Assembly: GCA_965223985.1 (NCBI GenBank)
Contig: OZ245030.1
Coordinates: 3,282,930-3,346,929 of the forward strand
Length of the DNA: 64,000 nt
From: Candidatus Poribacteria bacterium
GTDB lineage: Bacteria; Poribacteria; WGA-4E; PCPOR2b
Direction of reading: 5' to 3'
Part shown: positions 55,471 to 63,419 of the stretch, piece by piece
Position numbering within the stretch: position 1 is the stretch's first letter
Layout of the letters: each line of letters opens with the position of its first letter
Program-made: the position numbers and the translations under genes
The notes under the pieces: generated by a model
What the model saw: the letters and a program-made list of their open reading frames with translations, nothing else
Database searches by the model: none
What the model was told of the DNA's origin: nothing

Positions 55471-56274
55471 GTGAGACAATGTCAACTAATGGCCTTGGCT
55501 AGACCCTCGTTCTATTACCGCCCTGTAGTAGAATCGCAACAAAATCTACTCTATATGCGTCTAATAGACGAGCAGTACACCAAGACGCCGTTCTACGGGG
55601 TGCCTCGGGTAACTGCATGGCTTCGCTCTCAAGGACATATTGTTAATCCGAAACGGGTGGAGATTTCTATCGCAGTCGCTATTCGCACCCTTGATCGGTT
55701 AATGCGGAAGATGGGATTAGCTGCTATCTATCCTAAGCCCAAGACCTCCGGCATGGGCTAACCGTCGAAAACGTATCCGTATCTGTTGAAGGAATTAAGT
55801 ATCATCAGACCGAATCAGGTCTGGGCAACAGACATAACTTATATTCGCTTAAGCAGTGGTTTTGCCTATCTGGTAGCCGTTATGGATTGGTTTTCCCGTT
55901 ACGTGTTGTCATGGGAGCTTTCAAACTCACTAGATGTATTCTTTTGTCTGTCAGCTCTCGAACGGGCACTTAGTCAATCGATTCCTTTGATACTTAACAC
56001 CGACCAAGGGAGTCAGTTTACTTCTGATGCTTTTACGACTCGACTTGAAGCGTCTAACATCGCCATCAGTTGGGACGGCAGAGGCAGAGTATTCGACAAC
56101 ATCTTCATTGAGCCGCTCTGGCGCAGTGTCAAGTATGAGGAGGTTTATCTCAATGACTATGACTCGGTTAACACAGCTTCGTGTCGATTAAGTGACTATT
56201 TCAACTTTTACAATCAAGAGCGGTTTCATCAATCGCTCGACTATCGCACACTACACCAGGTGTATTTCCAATAA
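55471..56274 (+). mobile_element. Degenerate IS3-family insertion sequence remnant: orfB (HTH_21 + DDE rve integrase) interrupted by an in-frame TAA, with orfA almost entirely missing
   Basis: LMALARPSFYYRP...VNPKRVEISIAVAIRTLDRLMRKMGLAAIYPKPKTS, then TAA (55762-55764) in the same frame, then KTYPYLLKELSIIRPNQVWATDITYI...DQGSQFTS...E. Only ~12 codons of an orfA C-terminus (EFRLAKLKIELDWLQ*) remain upstream. Confidence 0.7.
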
Positions 56275-56350
56275 TCTCAGGCGTTGAAACCTGACCAAAT
56301 TGGCACGGGTTTTCCACCTTATATCTTATTCATCGCTGTCTATAGAATGG

Positions 56351-56690
56351 GGGTAAGTTCAGGTTGGGTTGAGATCAACTGAGCGAATAACGACCGCGAT
56401 AGAAATCCAATAAACACCTAGCGAAACCCAACGATCAAGCGACTGAATAAGGAGCACGATAGCGATTTTAGACGATAGTTTCTGTAGTTCTTCATAAAAA
56501 TCTTAGGCGATAGCTTTCTCCAGTTTTTTCCGCTCGCGGCCCCCGTTCGACACATTCCCAATCATAAAAAAAGCGTTGGGTATCGCAGCACCGTAACAAA
56601 TTTAAAACGAATTCAGTCCCTGAAACCAATCGTTCCTATGTAGCAACTATTTGCGAAACCGCTCTACCCAACCTACGCCCCCTGCAAAAC
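56351..56690. repeat. Cluster of repeat family R and MITE-like GTAGCGAAACCCAACG copies between the IS remnant and the SRAP gene
   Basis: aggttgggttgagatcaactgagcgaat... (56351-56530). tagcgaaacccaacg (56386) pairs with gcgttgggtatcgc (56576). cgctctacccaacctac lies at 56655-56672 (minus orientation). Confidence 0.6.
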
Positions 56691-56748
56691 ACTGAAAGTT
56701 TTGTTTTCCCATCCCGCCGAATTGCCTCTACATTTGTGAGGTAGTTCT

Positions 56749-57420
56749 CTAAACCGGCAAAATGCACTCCGCCCTATCATTCCTCGGCTGATTCACCAGA
56801 CGAGAAACCGCGTAGGCTGTCATCGCATCGGCGGGATATGGCTTGAGAAGGTGATTCAGCTCCGCGGGCGGTTGGTTGTTTGGCTCTAGCCACAGGTCAT
56901 ACGCATCATAATCTAGAATCACCGGCATACGATGATGAATCTGCTCCAGCATCTCGTTGGGTGGACACGTGAGGATTGTGCATGACAGAACCGCATCCGC
57001 GTCTCTCGACGGTTGCCACTGCTCCCACAGCCCCGCGAAGGCGAAAGGTTTCTCCGACGCCATGCGGATGTAAAACGGCGTTTTTGCGCCGCCTCCCGGC
57101 TCCTTTCGCCACTCGTAATAACCGTCCGCCAAAATGAGACATCGCCAACGTCTGTACGCAGTTCGGAATGACGGTTTCTGCGAAAGTGCCTCGGAACGTG
57201 CGTTAATCATTCGATTTCCGATTGTGGGGTCTTTTGCCCACGACGGAATAAGTCCCCACCGAAACAAATCTATTTTGCCGGGATTGTTGTTAGCAACGAC
57301 AGCAACGTTCTGTGTGGGTGTAATGTTGTAACGCGGGGTCAGTTGGTCGGGCAGCTCGAATCCGGGAAAGGTTTCTGTTAAGCTGGTAGGACTGGCGGAA
57401 AGCGTGAATCGTCCACACAT
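56749..57420 (-). CDS. yedK: SOS-response-associated peptidase (SRAP; YedK/HMCES family abasic-site DNA-protein crosslink protein)
   Basis: MCGRFTL (Cys2 nucleophile after Met removal), YNITPTQ, WGLIPSWAKD, INARSE and H-containing C-terminal motifs. AAGGAGG ribosome-binding site. The ATG at 57420 is preferred over the upstream TTG. Confidence 0.85.
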   Translation of the reverse strand: MCGRFTLSASPTSLTETFPGFELPDQLTPRYNITPTQNVAVVANNNPGKIDLFRWGLIPSWAKDPTIGNRMINARSEALSQKPSFRTAYRRWRCLILADGYYEWRKEPGGGAKTPFYIRMASEKPFAFAGLWEQWQPSRDADAVLSCTILTCPPNEMLEQIHHRMPVILDYDAYDLWLEPNNQPPAELNHLLKPYPADAMTAYAVSRLVNQPRNDRAECILPV

Positions 57421-57459
57421 TTTTCGTCTCCTCCTTTTCAATTGTCCAAGTTATATTCA

Positions 57460-57489
57460 ATTATAAATGCCGGCGCCGCCTTTTGTCCA
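57460..57489 (-). promoter_or_regulatory. Promoter of the SRAP gene (TGGACA-18-TATAAT), duplicated at ~60255-60285
   Basis: Minus strand: TGGACAaaaggcggcgccggcattTATAAT. The same architecture is conserved upstream of the truncated SRAP copy. Confidence 0.45.
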
Positions 57490-57731
57490 GTGTTTGGGTA
57501 TAATAGCAACTCTCGTTAGAGTCGTCGCAACAATGTTTGTATCTTTTTCGTACGCCAACAGACGATAAACATGAAATCGCATGAAAATATCGTGCTGATT
57601 TAGTGTGGACGTTTGGGTTGGCTATTGCTTACAATGTCCCTTATACACCGTGAACGAGTTCGTAGGTACGGAACTCCAATATTTCAAAATTCAGAGAGGA
57701 TTTCAATGAATTCGAGAGCGAAATTTGGTAC

Positions 57732-58076
57732 ATGGCTTTTGGCGCCGCGTTGGTCTTTCTTGGAATGTTCGGCACGTTGATGTCACCACTGACCGCAGAA
57801 ATGGATAAGTTCGGCGAGATTGAGTGTACGCGGTTGACAGTTGTTGGTAACAACGGCGAGCCTGTGGTAGAGATTGGGCTAGGTGTATATGAAGATGGCG
57901 GGGAGGTCGAAGTGCTGAGCACAGATGGACGAACTTTGGTCTCTCTCGGTGTGGCTGAAAGCGACGCCAGCGAGTCGCATCACGGTGGGTATGCCCTGGT
58001 GCGCGGGAAGTCCAAGAAAGGACAGGTGCGGATTAGCACGCTTCGCTACGACGGCGGCAGGCATAGTGGACATTAG
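57732..58076 (+). CDS. Small membrane-anchored protein, paralog 1 (conserved DKFGEIECTRLTVV motif)
   Basis: N-terminal transmembrane helix (AFGAALVFLGMFGTLMSPLTA), then DKFGEIECTRLTVVGNNGEPVV. Paralogous to 58773-59024. Confidence 0.45.
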   Translation: MAFGAALVFLGMFGTLMSPLTAEMDKFGEIECTRLTVVGNNGEPVVEIGLGVYEDGGEVEVLSTDGRTLVSLGVAESDASESHHGGYALVRGKSKKGQVRISTLRYDGGRHSGH

Positions 58077-58269
58077 GAAAGCCGACGAGAATCACCGCTA
58101 GCCAGACCACATGGCAACCTCTAGTGCGAACGGACTGTGGACAGGACGCCACCACTATGAACCCTGATTCGGCGGAACGCGTCGCTGTGGCTAAGTTAAG
58201 ATATGCGAAGTAAAGTGCAATATATCCGCACTCTATGAGTTAATAATCACTTAAAGAAGGAGTCTTGAT

Positions 58270-58554
58270 ATGAATGTTCGCAGGGTAAGGGTAGCATTTA
58301 CGAAGATTGCCACGTGTATAGGATTCAGCTTGTTAGCGGCAACGTGGATTTGCAATTTTGTGTATGAGTACCCCCCCCCGCATAATCACTATGCGAACTT
58401 TCAATCGGTTGGCGCTATGTTTGGTCTGTTTGTTGGCGCAAGTTGGACTATCAAACGGAAGGAGGTGCGGGAAGCCTATTGTCGGACCGTCCGTACTAGG
58501 ATTGTGGGTGTTTTTGATTGGCATGGCATGGAGGATGAATACAGGAGATGTTGA
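58270..58554 (+). CDS. Small membrane protein gene containing a C9 homopolymer. A +1 C would fuse it to the overlapping 58358-58693 frame, giving a 141-aa multi-transmembrane protein.
   Basis: AAGGAG ribosome-binding site. C-run at 58371-58379. Both the upstream frame (transmembrane helix IATCIGFSLLAATWICNFVY) and the downstream alternative frame (LALCLVCLLAQVG...IAPLIIAAGMFVGAV) look membrane-protein-like. Confidence 0.4.
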   Translation: MNVRRVRVAFTKIATCIGFSLLAATWICNFVYEYPPPHNHYANFQSVGAMFGLFVGASWTIKRKEVREAYCRTVRTRIVGVFDWHGMEDEYRRC

Positions 58555-58772
58555 ACGACTCATTGAGGGGATTGCTCCGTTGATAATCGCTGCAGGAATG
58601 TTCGTTGGGGCTGTGCGCGCATTGGCACGTGCAAGAGGACAGAGCTTAATCCAGTTTCTGTCTGGATTATATTCTAGATTGTATAGAGATTAACTTACTA
58701 ACGACAAGGAGAAAAGCAAAGTTTAGTATTCAGAATTGGCAGCAGAAACTGGTTTATGCGGGCGTCGGAGCG

Positions 58773-59024
58773 TTGTTACTGTTTATCGGGATGCTACTAT
58801 CACCGGTTACGGCGCAAAGGGATAAGTTCGGGGAGATTGAGTGTACGAAGTTGACGGTTGTTGATACGGCGGGGAAGTTGCGGGTGGTTCTGAGTGCCAA
58901 AGAGGAGGATTTCACAGACTATTGGTTTACAGACAACGGAGGAGTATCTATTGTTGCCTTGGATATCGTCGAATGCGGTAACGCTGCAGTCAGCACGTGG
59001 CATAAGAACGGCAATAGACAGTGA
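58773..59024 (+). CDS. Small membrane-anchored protein, paralog 2 (DKFGEIECTKLTVV motif). Probable non-ATG start (TTG/GTG).
   Basis: ...GVGALLLFIGMLLSPVTAQRDKFGEIECTKLTVVDTAGKLRVVL. There is no in-frame ATG upstream. Confidence 0.4.
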   Translation: MLLFIGMLLSPVTAQRDKFGEIECTKLTVVDTAGKLRVVLSAKEEDFTDYWFTDNGGVSIVALDIVECGNAAVSTWHKNGNRQ

Positions 59025-59312
59025 TGGGTGCTAGGACCGGAAAAACAGATATCGAGTTGAAGAATTAAGGAGGTTCGAAGCGTAAGGGTATCGTGTTCGT
59101 CTTGCTGGCTAGTTTTGCGCGATCTTAGGCGCGACTATATGAAAAACCTAGGTCGGGGGGGTGGAGTCCCGTTTCCTTGTTGTTAGCCTCTCTCGGACGG
59201 GCGCATAAAATTTTAGCCAGTTGCGTGTGAGTCAACCGGGGATGCCACGCACGCGCAGCTGGGGGACATCAACCGATAACAGCATCCTATTCATCGTGGG
59301 CGCGACAGCGCT

Positions 59313-59567
59313 TTAATAGACACAACTGCCAAGCCGATGGTGACGAGGTAGACACCGTAGCTCGACGCGAAAGCTAAATGGGCTAATGGTATTGTAAATA
59401 ATGGCGGTTACCGCAAAGCCCCACGCCCAATCGAATTTTTTTTGGACGTAAGCCTGAACAGCGAGATAGGCGAATGTTGCACAGCAGAGGACGTGAAGAA
59501 GGTTGTTGTAGGTGTGTCCATATTTCAAATAAGGATGCTTATAGGCGATCAGGAACATCAGAATCAC
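59313..59567 (-). CDS. Small hydrophobic protein, possibly frameshifted near its C-terminus
   Basis: MFLIAYKHPYLKYGHTYNNLLHVLCCATFAYLAVQ...WGFAVTAIIYN. The +1 frame continues with a membrane-like ...LAFASSYGVYLVTIGLAVVSIKAL. Confidence 0.25.
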   Translation of the reverse strand: MILMFLIAYKHPYLKYGHTYNNLLHVLCCATFAYLAVQAYVQKKFDWAWGFAVTAIIYNTISPFSFRVELRCLPRHHRLGSCVY

Positions 59568-59740
59568 GACTGCTTGGGGAGCCCATATGATTCTTTAACG
59601 AGTTATTTTCATGGGTCTTTCCTTTCAACGGGATGTTTTTACGTCTTTGCCAAGGAAGCAAAAATACCTGTTACAGTTTACCGCTTTCTCGATATAATTC
59701 TACTTAGACATAAAAACCTACTTTGAAAGGAGGAGAGTAA

Positions 59741-59872
59741 AATGATGAGGCTGATGAAACTTCGGCATCTACAGCTAATGACCTCAAATACACTCAAGTG
59801 GCTTGACTCACTTAATGGGAAGAGCGGAATTGAATATGAAGTCGTACGCATTTTGAAGCGAACCAAGATATA
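59741..59872 (+). CDS. 43-aa ORF with a strong Shine-Dalgarno sequence (GAAAGGAGGAGAGTAAAATG), antisense to the tail of the truncated SRAP ORF
   Basis: MMRLMKLRHLQLMTSNTLKWLDSLNGKSGIEYEVVRILKRTKI. Perfect ribosome-binding-site spacing. Below the ORF-track size cutoff. Confidence 0.3.
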
Positions 59873-59917
59873 AAGGAGATTCAAGCTGGACTATATGACC
59901 GATTCGGTCATATGTGT

Positions 59918-60200
59918 CGGGCTTTTTACGAATGTACGCAGTTCGGAATGACGGTTTCTCCGCCAGTGTCCCGGAACGTGCGTTAATCATTCGATTGCCG
60001 ATTGTCGGGTCTTTTGCCCACGACGGAATGAGTCCCCACCGAAAGAATTCTATTTTACCGGGGTTGTTGTTCGCAACGACAGCAACCTCTTGGGAGGGTG
60101 TAATGTTGTAACGCGCCGTCAATTGGTCGGGTAGCTCGAAATCGGGAAAGGATTCTGTTAAGCTAACGGTGTTGGCGGAAAGCGTGAATCGTCTGCACAT
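59918..60200 (-). pseudogene. 5'-duplicated, truncated SRAP copy (first ~94 codons only; Gly3 changed to Arg), directly downstream of dnaE2
   Basis: MCRRFTLSANTVSLTESFPDFELPDQLTARYNITPSQEVAVVANNNPGKIEFFRWGLIPSWAKDPTIGNRMINARSGTLAEKPSFRTAY. Homology to the full gene then ends abruptly. ~90% nucleotide identity between 59935-60287 and 57155-57493. Confidence 0.65.
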
Positions 60201-60302
60201 TATTCGTTTCCTTCTTACAAAAACGGGGTCGCTATTGTGTTGTCCGGATGATATTTCATTATAAATGCCAGCCGCGCCGTTTGTCCAGTGTTTCGTTGAA
60301 CA

Positions 60303-63300
60303 TTAGGTGAAAGACAGTTCCGCAAACGATTGCGCTTGGATGCTGATTAACTCACCCTCACGCTGTAAGATTCCGTAGACATACACAAACGGGGACAGCT
60401 TAAAGATTGACCGATATTTGGCATAGATATCCGGGGAGATAACTACATTGAGCAATCCCGACTCATCTTCCAGGGTCATGAAGGAAACTCCATTCGCCGT
60501 AGCGGGTTTCTGTATGCAGACCACCAGTCCCGCAACGCCCGTCCTAACGCCATTTCGCAGCTTTCTTAGCGCGTCCTGCCGCCGCACTTCGCTATGCAGC
60601 TTGGATCGAAGCAGCTCCATGGGGTGCGCGTCTATCGAGAATTGCTGCGCGCTGTATTCCCACGTTAGCTTGCCCCACGGACTGAGTTTTGGCAGCGGCG
60701 GGGCTGTGAGTTTCGGATCGATAAGCTCCCTGCCTCGCCACTGATCCGCAATCCACAGTTGCCACATCAATTGCCGGCGTGACAAACCGAAACAATCGAA
60801 CGCTCCCACCCCGATTAAATTCTCTATATTAGCGACATCGAGCTTGGTCTGCGCAACGAAATCTCTCAGCGACTTGAAGGATTCGCGCTCACGAGCGTTC
60901 ACAATTGACTGGGCTTTCGCTAGACTGATCCCTTTGACACAGATTAAGCTCAGACGTATACCGTCGGTTTTCTCGTCAGTTTCGATGACGCATCTGAGGT
61001 TGCTGCGATTCACATCGACTTGCAAGCATGTTATCCCGTGGCGGCGCGCATCGTCCACGATAGTGCGCGTGGGGTAAAACCCAAGGGGTTGGTTGTTGAT
61101 TAACGAAGCGACGTAAGCGGCGGGGTAGTAGCGCTTAAGCCATGCGGACTGATACGCGAGATGGGCGAATGCCAAGGCGTGAGATTTGCAGAATCCGTAG
61201 CCCGCGAACGCCTTAATACAGTCGAAAATCTTAATGGCATCGCTCTCCGACACTCCGTTTCGGACAGATCCTGCCACGAAGTCGGCTCGCATCTTCGCCA
61301 CGGCTTTCTCAGAGCGTTTCGCGTCGAGTTCGCGCCTTAGATTCTCCGCCTCGCCGGGAGTGTAGTCCGCAATCGTGGTAGCCACCTGCAGGATTTGCTC
61401 TTGAAATAGCACCACACCTAGCGTTTCCTCAAGAATTTCTTCAAGTCGCGGATGTGGATATTGCACCGCCTCAAGTCCCTGCCGCCGCCGAAGGTATGGT
61501 GTGACCATGTTGCCCTGCACTGGACCCGGTCTAATGATTGCGATTTCGGCGGCGAGTTCCGAGAGATTTCTCGGCTTGGTGCGCGGCAGCGTCTGCATTT
61601 GCACGCGGGATTCTATCTGGAACAGCCCCACCGTGTCCGCCTGTCCAATCATATCGTACACCTCAGGGTCGTCGGCTTTAATTTCGGCGAGGTTTATTTT
61701 GATATTGTAGGCATCGGCAATCAGTCTAAGGCATTCTCTGACTACGGCAAGCATGCCCAGCCCTAGCAAATCCACTTTGATAAGCCCCGCATCTTCGACC
61801 ATGTCTTTGTCCCATTGGCACACGCGGCGGTTCGGCATGCGTGTGGGCTCGAGCGGCACTAGCTTCGTGAGCGCGCACGAAGTGATTATCATTCCGCCCG
61901 GATGCATGGATATATGGCGAGGAACGCCAATTATCGCATCCACCTGCTCTCGGAAATGCCGCCACTTCTTTTTCTTGGTATAGTGCCCATACTCTTGCAG
62001 CTCCTCAACTTTGCGAAATGCTGGCTCTGGATTCTTCTGCCCTTCTGTGAAACGCGACATTGTCGCCAGCAGGGGCGTGGGATAGCCAAAGACCTTCCCA
62101 ACCTCGCGAATCGCCCGCTTAGCACCGAATGTGATGAACATGCAGGCTAATCCAACGTGCTCAAAGCCGTATTTGCGCCCAACATAGGTGAGGACATCAT
62201 CTCGGTCGGGCAACCGAGCGTCTCGCGCAGAGGCGAAATCCAAGTCGATGTCCGGGATCGTAGACCGCTCTTCGTTGAGAAATCGGGCGAAAACGAGGTT
62301 GTGCCGGACTGGATCGACAGTCGTAATATCGAGAAGATACGCGACCAACGAGCACACTGCAGAGCCACGCCCCTGCGCCGGGATGTTTTTGGATTGGGCA
62401 AACTTAACAATATCCCACACTATGAGGAAGTATCCGCTAAGATTCAAGCGGGTGATAAGGGTCAGCTCCTCACGCAGCCTAGAGCGAATTTCAGCAGATA
62501 TCGAATCATATTTTTTGGACAGGGCTTCCTCGCATAACATATTCAGATATGAGTCTGTGCTTTGACCGTCGGGCGTTGCGTAGTCAGGAAATCGATATTG
62601 CGTAAAATCGAGGTTGACATTGCATCGTTCAAGGATGGCGCGGGTATTAGTCAGCGCGGCGGGGATTTCGGAGAATATCAGCTGCATCTCGTGGGGAGAC
62701 TTGAGATAGCGTTCGTGGTTGATTGGGCGAATTGAATCTGATTTAGCGAGCGGGGTTTTGTGGTCAATGCAACGGAGCACATCGTGCAATCGCGCCTCCG
62801 CTTGGGTTGCATATCGCACGCTGTTCGCCGCTACATAGCCTATCGAGAAATCGTGAGCGATGCGATAGAGCGTCTTACAGAGACCGGTATCTCCAGGCTC
62901 AAGGTGGTTAACGAGTTGGATATAAAGCCGTCTTTTACCAAAGATTTGATGGTATTCATTCAGCCGTTTTCGCGCGGAATCGATTCGATTGGTTTGCAAA
63001 AGTTCCGCGACACTGCTGCTCTTTCCGATAAGGCAGATTAACCCGTCGGACAACTCGGCGATTTGCTCCACTGTCACGTGCGGTTCAGACTTATGGTCTT
63101 CTCCTCGCGCTCGCGTGATTAGCTGGGAAAGGTTCTGGTAGCCTGTTGAATCCTCGCACAGCAACAGAACCTTGTCATTAGAGTAAGAGCTGCCTCTGGA
63201 GCGCCCCACAGTTATGAGAGACCCAATTATGTATTCAAGCCCAATCTCCTTGCATTTCTTGACGAACGGAATAACGCCGTAAAGCGCATTGTCGTCTGTC

Positions 63301-63419
63301 AATGCCAAGCCATTCAATCCAAGGGTTGCCGCACGCTCAGCGAGAACTGCGGGGCACGATGTCCCGTTCAGAAACGAATAGTGGCTGTGGCAGTGGAGTT
63401 CCGCATAATCCATAACCAT
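60303..63419 (-). CDS. dnaE2: Error-prone DNA polymerase III alpha-subunit paralog DnaE2 (ImuC)
   Basis: 1038 aa. PHP domain N-terminus DYAELHCHSHYSFLNG. Polymerase core motifs LLGLGML and GxFQxES-like (VGLFQIESRVQMQ). Lacks the C-terminal tau/beta-binding extension of the replicative DnaE1. Its length is typical of DnaE2. Confidence 0.85.
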   Translation of the reverse strand: MVMDYAELHCHSHYSFLNGTSCPAVLAERAATLGLNGLALTDDNALYGVIPFVKKCKEIGLEYIIGSLITVGRSRGSSYSNDKVLLLCEDSTGYQNLSQLITRARGEDHKSEPHVTVEQIAELSDGLICLIGKSSSVAELLQTNRIDSARKRLNEYHQIFGKRRLYIQLVNHLEPGDTGLCKTLYRIAHDFSIGYVAANSVRYATQAEARLHDVLRCIDHKTPLAKSDSIRPINHERYLKSPHEMQLIFSEIPAALTNTRAILERCNVNLDFTQYRFPDYATPDGQSTDSYLNMLCEEALSKKYDSISAEIRSRLREELTLITRLNLSGYFLIVWDIVKFAQSKNIPAQGRGSAVCSLVAYLLDITTVDPVRHNLVFARFLNEERSTIPDIDLDFASARDARLPDRDDVLTYVGRKYGFEHVGLACMFITFGAKRAIREVGKVFGYPTPLLATMSRFTEGQKNPEPAFRKVEELQEYGHYTKKKKWRHFREQVDAIIGVPRHISMHPGGMIITSCALTKLVPLEPTRMPNRRVCQWDKDMVEDAGLIKVDLLGLGMLAVVRECLRLIADAYNIKINLAEIKADDPEVYDMIGQADTVGLFQIESRVQMQTLPRTKPRNLSELAAEIAIIRPGPVQGNMVTPYLRRRQGLEAVQYPHPRLEEILEETLGVVLFQEQILQVATTIADYTPGEAENLRRELDAKRSEKAVAKMRADFVAGSVRNGVSESDAIKIFDCIKAFAGYGFCKSHALAFAHLAYQSAWLKRYYPAAYVASLINNQPLGFYPTRTIVDDARRHGITCLQVDVNRSNLRCVIETDEKTDGIRLSLICVKGISLAKAQSIVNARERESFKSLRDFVAQTKLDVANIENLIGVGAFDCFGLSRRQLMWQLWIADQWRGRELIDPKLTAPPLPKLSPWGKLTWEYSAQQFSIDAHPMELLRSKLHSEVRRQDALRKLRNGVRTGVAGLVVCIQKPATANGVSFMTLEDESGLLNVVISPDIYAKYRSIFKLSPFVYVYGILQREGELISIQAQSFAELSFT

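Noticed and set aside
57440-57520. LexA/SOS operator upstream of SRAP
   Set aside because: Only an 8-bp palindrome (CGGCGCCG) lies in the promoter spacer, and it is not conserved in the duplicated copy at ~60270. It matches no known LexA box class: CTGT-N8-ACAG, GAAC-N4-GTTC or GTTC-N7-GTTC. The true operator is probably upstream of imuB, beyond the window.
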